Source of the DNA: Gammaproteobacteria bacterium
GTDB lineage: Bacteria > Pseudomonadota > Gammaproteobacteria > SZUA-152
Direction: 5' to 3'
DNA length: 39,289 nt
NCBI GenBank assembly: GCA_030613605.1
Contig: JAUWLO010000001.1
Coordinates: 1 to 39,289 of the forward strand
Shown: positions 35,126-39,289 of the stretch, in pieces
Layout: the number at the start of each line of letters is the position of its first letter
Position numbering within the stretch: the stretch's first letter is position 1
Notes under the pieces: model-generated
Database searches by the model: none
What the model saw: the letters and a program-made list of their open reading frames with translations, nothing else
What the model was told of the DNA's origin: nothing
Position numbers and translations under genes: made by a program

Positions 35126-35314
35126 TTATGGTTTGAACACAACATATATTAGTAAACAAAACATAATAATCGATATTAGCGTGACTATATTTTTTCGCGT
35201 TTTTTCATTTTTAATTACTTTTTTGAGTTTTTTATGGATCAGCCATGAAATGGCAAAATAGGAAGAAAGTACCAGTAAGCCAAATATAATTACTTTTCCT
35301 GTAATATCCGGCAC
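35126..35314 (-). CDS. Possible small two-TM membrane protein (doubtful)
   Basis: 62 aa with a GTG start, two hydrophobic segments and a Lys-rich loop. It lies in a very AT-rich stretch, so the ORF may be compositional. Confidence 0.25.
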   Translation of the reverse strand: MPDITGKVIIFGLLVLSSYFAISWLIHKKLKKVIKNEKTRKNIVTLISIIMFCLLIYVVFKP

Positions 35315-35354
35315 GATTTATTCCTTGTATTTTTAAATGGCTTTAGCCACTTTC

Positions 35355-35499
35355 ACACAGGCATGAAAAAACCCACTCAGCGTTTGCAGCAATAAGCAGG
35401 TTTTTCCTTACGCTTTAGCAGTATTTATTAAGCACCCTGCAATTTGAAATTAAATCGGTGCCTTATTTAAATATAGGACTTTTTTGGAGAAACACAAGG
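35355..35499 (+). repeat. Dispersed intergenic repeat, copy C (long form)
   Basis: CACAGGCATGAAAAAACCCACTCAG...AAGCAGGTTTTTCC..CGCTTTAGCAGTATTTATTAAGCACCCTGCAATTTGAAATTAAATCGGTGCC..TTAAATATAGGAC..TTTGGAGAAACACAAGG. See copies A and B. Confidence 0.8.
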
Positions 35500-35621
35500 T
35501 CAATTTTAAAAAGATTTAATACGTCGTCAGGCCAAAAAGTATGGATTAATAACTTAGTAAATTCAAAAATTAATCGTTTTCTGTCCTGATTATATCTATG
35601 GGTAATGTAGGACGGATATAA

Positions 35622-36059
35622 TTATTTTATACTCTCTTTCAGCCGTTCTGGCAGTTCAAGTGTATCGCATGCGGTAAAATCTTTTTGAATGTCGTTCACA
35701 ACCAGTGCCCGTGTATGCTCATTTATATGGGTATTGAGTAAACCGTGGAAATGGGGAGCGGCAACCAACACCAGACTTTTGTATTCATTAGCAGTACGGC
35801 CCTTCTCCAGCGCATTGGCCAGTTCACCTGCGAAACGTTCGGCTTCATAATCCTTAGGATCAGTATGTTCAGCAAAGGCACCATGGCCTGTTCCTTTACT
35901 TTGGTAGTGCCCTGGCCGATCAGACGCCAGGTCTGAACCTTTTTCACGGCTCTCAGGATGACTGAATTCCTTTATACAATGCAGCGATGCTCCAACTTTT
36001 TCTGTTTCGAACAAGCGCGCTTCACTCGCGCCAGCAACTAAAACCCAAGTCGTACTCAT
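35622..36059 (-). CDS. Host-attachment protein family (Host_attach) protein
   Basis: 145 aa from ATG 36059, which is preceded by GGGAGG (the track used GTG 36104). WVLVAGASEARLFE, SDRPG, RFAGELANAL and LVLVAAPHFHGLL match the family pattern as I recall it. Confidence 0.7.
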   Translation of the reverse strand: MSTTWVLVAGASEARLFETEKVGASLHCIKEFSHPESREKGSDLASDRPGHYQSKGTGHGAFAEHTDPKDYEAERFAGELANALEKGRTANEYKSLVLVAAPHFHGLLNTHINEHTRALVVNDIQKDFTACDTLELPERLKESIK

Positions 36060-36165
36060 ATCATGCCTCCCGGAAAAATTTACCCTATGTGCTAAGAATA
36101 CCACATTTATACAGCTTGCTAGATTATTGGTTAATTAAAGTGGGATCAGTAACTAGCTTTTTTAC

Positions 36166-36858
36166 TCATTGATTTTCAGTAGACTCCTTGTTTTGTTCAG
36201 AACCGCCCTGGGCATCCACCATCGGAACAAAAGAAACGCCAAGGATACTGTTTGTTTGTATATTGCCTTGTTCGTCTTTATCAACACGCATCAGTTCCTG
36301 GTGGCAATAAGGCAGACCTATGGGGATCACCAAATGCCCCCCTGGTTTAAGCTGCTCAATCAGTGTTTGAGGAATAAAAGGGGCTGCCGCAGTGACAATA
36401 ATACCATCATAAGGAGCATGTTCAGGCCAGCCTTCGTAACCATTTGCATTTTTGGCTTCAATATTCTGATAATAATTTTGCTTCAGGCGTTCACGGGCTT
36501 CACCGTTTAATTCCTTAATAACCTCCATTGTGTAGACTTTTTTTACCAGCAGGGAAAGAATGGCTGTTTGATAGCCTGAACCAGTCCCTATTTCCAATAC
36601 AATATCATTTTCATCAGGTTCCAGGAGGTCGGTCATCAAGGCCACGATGTAGGGTTGAGAAATGGTTTGATTATGGCCAATGGGTAATGGTCCATTATCA
36701 AAGGCGAAAGGCTTTAAATCATCAGGAACAAACAAATTGCGGGGGACTCTTCGCATGGCATCCACAACGCGAGGATTGAGCTTATCGCGCCCGGTCATCT
36801 GGCGGGTATAAGTTACTTCCGACTCGATGGTGCTTATCATTTTGTCAATTTTATTCAT
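36166..36858 (-). CDS. pcm: Protein-L-isoaspartate O-methyltransferase
   Basis: 230 aa with GHNQTISQPYIVALMTDLL, VLEIGTGSGYQTAILS, YDGIIVTAAA and LKPGGHLVIPIG. Confidence 0.9.
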   Translation of the reverse strand: MNKIDKMISTIESEVTYTRQMTGRDKLNPRVVDAMRRVPRNLFVPDDLKPFAFDNGPLPIGHNQTISQPYIVALMTDLLEPDENDIVLEIGTGSGYQTAILSLLVKKVYTMEVIKELNGEARERLKQNYYQNIEAKNANGYEGWPEHAPYDGIIVTAAAPFIPQTLIEQLKPGGHLVIPIGLPYCHQELMRVDKDEQGNIQTNSILGVSFVPMVDAQGGSEQNKESTENQ

Positions 36859-36926
36859 TTCGCATGTAAATAACAGGTAACTAAATAGTGCACTTATACT
36901 AAAATATAGCTAAAGGTAGGTCATTT

Positions 36927-37157
36927 ATGTCAAAAGAATCGAAAAAAAATCAGCTAAACATAACCGAGCTCAAGAAAGAGAGGGATCGATTGCGTCAGAA
37001 GTTAACCGCAATCGAGGCCGATTATCGAAAAGGTCTGGTGCCAGATTCTGAAGATCAGGCTATCGAGCTTGAAAATGCGGATGTTCTGGAAGGGATTGCC
37101 AGGGTAACTGCTGAAGAGCTGGAAAAAGTTGAAGCAAGCTTGTCAGAACTTGAATAG
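36927..37157 (+). CDS. Small coiled-coil hypothetical protein
   Basis: 76 aa, helical and charged. It resembles the coiled-coil part of DksA/TraR-like proteins but has no zinc-finger cysteines. Confidence 0.4.
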   Translation: MSKESKKNQLNITELKKERDRLRQKLTAIEADYRKGLVPDSEDQAIELENADVLEGIARVTAEELEKVEASLSELE

Positions 37158-37228
37158 AAGTATTTCATAGGAAAGGAAAATCCAGGCAGATAGTTATAAA
37201 TGAAACAAATGAAGCACATACGGCAAAT

Positions 37229-37247
37229 GGGGAGGCAGCCCCCTTTT
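37229..37247. terminator. Weak bidirectional hairpin between convergent genes
   Basis: GGGG-AGGCAG-CCCC(C) followed by TTTT. The stem is only 4-5 bp. Confidence 0.3.
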
Positions 37248-37256
37248 ATTGTGGGT

Positions 37257-38471
37257 TTATTTCAATTGTCCGGCTATAAAGGCCGTAGTCCATGCGGCCT
37301 GGAAGTTAAAACCTCCAGTAATGCCATCGATGTCCATTAGTTCGCCAGCAAAATACAGGCTCTTGACTGCCTTACTTTGCATGGTATTCATATCGATGCT
37401 TTCCAGGCTGACGCCACCACAGGTCACAAACTCTTCTTTAAAGGTGGTTTTCCCACTCACTGAATAAATATCATTGGTTAATACGCTGACCAGTTTATTT
37501 AACCCCTTTTTTCCGAGCTCTCCCCATTTCTTTGTTACAGACAAGTCACTTTTTTCAAGCAGATAACGCCATAATCTGTCTGGTAATGAATATGGCCTTA
37601 TGTTTGGCAATAATTTATTGGGGTTTGTATTAACAATACCTTTCAGGTCTTCCATAACAACGTCGTTATTTTGAATATTGGCCCAATTTACCTGTGTTTT
37701 GAATACATAGTCTCTTTCACTCAGTAGCCTTGCACCAAATGCGGATAGTTTTAAGATTGCGGGACCACTCATTCCCCAATGAGTGATGAGCAGAGGGCCA
37801 TCGGATTTAAGCCTGGTTCCCTGTATGTTCACCAGCGTTTTTTCCACCACAATACCCATTAGCTCAGTAATTGGCTCGGTTGGCATATTGAAGGTGAACA
37901 ACGAGGGAACAGGGTCTTCGATTTTGTGTCCCAGGGCTTCAAGCCACTCCAGACCTTTTCTTTTTGGAGAACCACCTGTCGCAACGATTACTTTGTCAAA
38001 GATCTCCGTGGGAATTTCTCCCTTTGTAAAGCCTAGCTCAAGTTTATTGCCGGCTGGTTTAATGGTTTTTATCCCTACCCCGGTTTTTATCTCGATATTT
38101 AATTTTCTCGTTTGCCTTAAGAAACAATCAATGATGCTTTGTGAGTCCTGTGATTCTGGGAATACGCAATTATCATCCTGAGTGACCAAAGGGACACCCC
38201 TGGACTCAAACCATTGCATGGTGTGTTGGTTATCAAATATACGGAAGGATTTTTTTAAGGCTTTTCCGCCGCGGGGGTATGCTTCGGATAGTTCTTTTAT
38301 GGAGCTACAGCCATTAGTGACATTGCATCGTCCTCCACCCGATATTTTGACTTTGGCGAGAAGTTTTTGTGATTTTTCGAAGATGAAAACATTAGCGTCC
38401 GGGTAATTTTCTTTCGCGGCAATAGCCGAAAAGAAACCAGCCGCCCCGCCCCCGATGATTGCAATATCCAT
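37257..38471 (-). CDS. HI0933/YhiN (BaiN-like) family FAD flavoprotein
   Basis: 404 aa with IAIIGGGAAGFF, GGGRCNVTN and C-terminal LYFAGELMDIDGITGGFNFQ motifs. Confidence 0.85.
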   Translation of the reverse strand: MDIAIIGGGAAGFFSAIAAKENYPDANVFIFEKSQKLLAKVKISGGGRCNVTNGCSSIKELSEAYPRGGKALKKSFRIFDNQHTMQWFESRGVPLVTQDDNCVFPESQDSQSIIDCFLRQTRKLNIEIKTGVGIKTIKPAGNKLELGFTKGEIPTEIFDKVIVATGGSPKRKGLEWLEALGHKIEDPVPSLFTFNMPTEPITELMGIVVEKTLVNIQGTRLKSDGPLLITHWGMSGPAILKLSAFGARLLSERDYVFKTQVNWANIQNNDVVMEDLKGIVNTNPNKLLPNIRPYSLPDRLWRYLLEKSDLSVTKKWGELGKKGLNKLVSVLTNDIYSVSGKTTFKEEFVTCGGVSLESIDMNTMQSKAVKSLYFAGELMDIDGITGGFNFQAAWTTAFIAGQLK

Positions 38472-38492
38472 TTAATGTCTAGTAATGCCAGG

Positions 38493-38888
38493 TTAACCTT
38501 TTTGATGAAACTCAATAACGTTTTTGTCCTGATCCCGAATAAAGAACATTACACCACCATCTGGTAATGTTATAGGACCTTCGGTGATATGGATGCCAAG
38601 GTTTTCAATTGAGTCCTGGGCGGACTGAATATTATCAACGTCTAAAGCCATGTGTGTGTAGCCCGGGTATTTTTCAGTGACGTCCATAAGGATATTTTCT
38701 TCTAACTCTGTATCAGCATTAAGAATAAAGTTTATATTCACGCCAGATGGATGTTCCATTATTGCTACTGGCTCAGGCCCTATAGGCCCCATAAGGAATA
38801 TAAAGCCAAGCTGCTCATAGAATGCTCTTGCACTTTCGAGATTAGATACTCTTATGCCTATATGATTGATACCGATAATTTCTTTCAT
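38493..38888 (-). CDS. VOC (glyoxalase/bleomycin-resistance/dioxygenase) family protein
   Basis: 131 aa. INHIGIRVSNLESARAFYEQLGF and HMALDV are typical VOC metal-ligand contexts. Confidence 0.8.
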   Translation of the reverse strand: MKEIIGINHIGIRVSNLESARAFYEQLGFIFLMGPIGPEPVAIMEHPSGVNINFILNADTELEENILMDVTEKYPGYTHMALDVDNIQSAQDSIENLGIHITEGPITLPDGGVMFFIRDQDKNVIEFHQKG

Positions 38889-38949
38889 GCATATAATCCT
38901 GATATTTTTTATGCTGGATAGTAGATAGTCAGATTAACGGGTTAAATCA

Positions 38950-39289
38950 CTAATCCCTTATTATTTGTTTTCCCCAGTTTTCATCTGCCTTTATTCTTAA
39001 TTTTTCGGGCCCCTCTTTATTCCAGCTATTAAGAGTATTGGTGAAGAACGCATTGTAAAATAAGTACAACTTGCCATCTAAAATCTGAAATGTTTCCGGA
39101 TCGATTGACACTCTTTTGTCAGAGTCTGCAATTGCATACGCACACCAGCCGCCATATTGTGGAATATATTTCTTCGGATCAGATTTAAACTTATTTAAGT
39201 TCTCTTCTGTAGAAAACTTAAATTTCACACCATCATGATTGAAGGTGTATTTCTGAGCACCTTCAATAGCCTTATCGTTAAAATATTCA
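38950..39289 (-). CDS. YHS-domain (seleno)protein family member, Cys form; 5' end outside the window
   Basis: The frame stays open upstream of the track's GTG to the window edge (..EYFNDKAIEGAQKYTFNHDGVKFKFSTEENLNKF..DPKKYIPQYGGWCAYA...DGKLYLF). The family-typical Cys is encoded by TGT, not TGA. Confidence 0.6.
   Translation of the reverse strand, partial: EYFNDKAIEGAQKYTFNHDGVKFKFSTEENLNKFKSDPKKYIPQYGGWCAYAIADSDKRVSIDPETFQILDGKLYLFYNAFFTNTLNSWNKEGPEKLRIKADENWGKQIIRD

Noticed and set aside
18535-35499. The three repeat copies as remnants of an IS element or integron/attC-type site
   Set aside because: There are no transposase or integrase genes. I could identify no terminal inverted repeats or target duplications by eye. 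A MITE or sRNA remains possible and is reported as a finding instead.
37249-37467. 72-aa plus-strand ORF overlapping the 3' end of the HI0933-family gene
   Set aside because: It is antisense to a strongly supported flavoprotein gene. Its translation mirrors that gene's C-terminal GGxxF region and has no features of its own.
39121-39160. In-frame TGA (selenocysteine) in the YHS-domain (seleno)protein family gene
   Set aside because: The family-typical position reads GGC TGG TGT GCG (G-W-C-A). It is a TGT cysteine codon, so this is the Cys form with no recoding.

Overview
A 39.3-kb chromosomal segment that looks gammaproteobacterial: it has clear RhlE, RlmA, RecQ, DbpA, YehS, YeaR-like and Pcm homologues and is moderately AT-rich by eye. 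I saw no rRNA, tRNA, CRISPR array, transposase, integrase or phage genes. Region 1-8.7 kb is housekeeping, with three helicases (rhlE, recQ, dbpA), an rRNA methyltransferase, an NYN-domain protein, DUF1456, a Lys/Ala-rich protein and a secreted amidohydrolase. Region 8.7-14.4 kb is a minus-strand TolC-like / RND / LpxR-like unit with no membrane-fusion gene. Region 14.6-21.4 kb is rich in periplasmic redox and sulfur genes: a pentaheme lipoprotein cytochrome, DUF2892, cytochrome c'-like, DUF1971, a divergent LysR, a Tat-signal orphan, Usp and a periplasmic double rhodanese. The most unusual part is 21.7-31.9 kb. There a GT2 + radical-SAM pair converges on a long, tightly packed minus-strand operon. 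That operon strings DsrE-like and DsrH-like proteins, an ArnT-like GT-C membrane protein, YeeE, TusA, two paralogous tiny membrane proteins, an FAD flavoprotein and a B12-binding radical-SAM enzyme. I do not recognise this combination as a described pathway. Next to it lie a Cys-rich PAS-LuxR regulator and an operon of two c7-type triheme cytochromes plus a helical periplasmic protein. A roughly 100-145 bp intergenic repeat family occurs three times in the same orientation. I also found several short tandem repeats and palindromes, and a 56-aa ORF below the ORF-track cutoff. All functional calls come from motifs read in the translations and from memory of the families; no database search was run.
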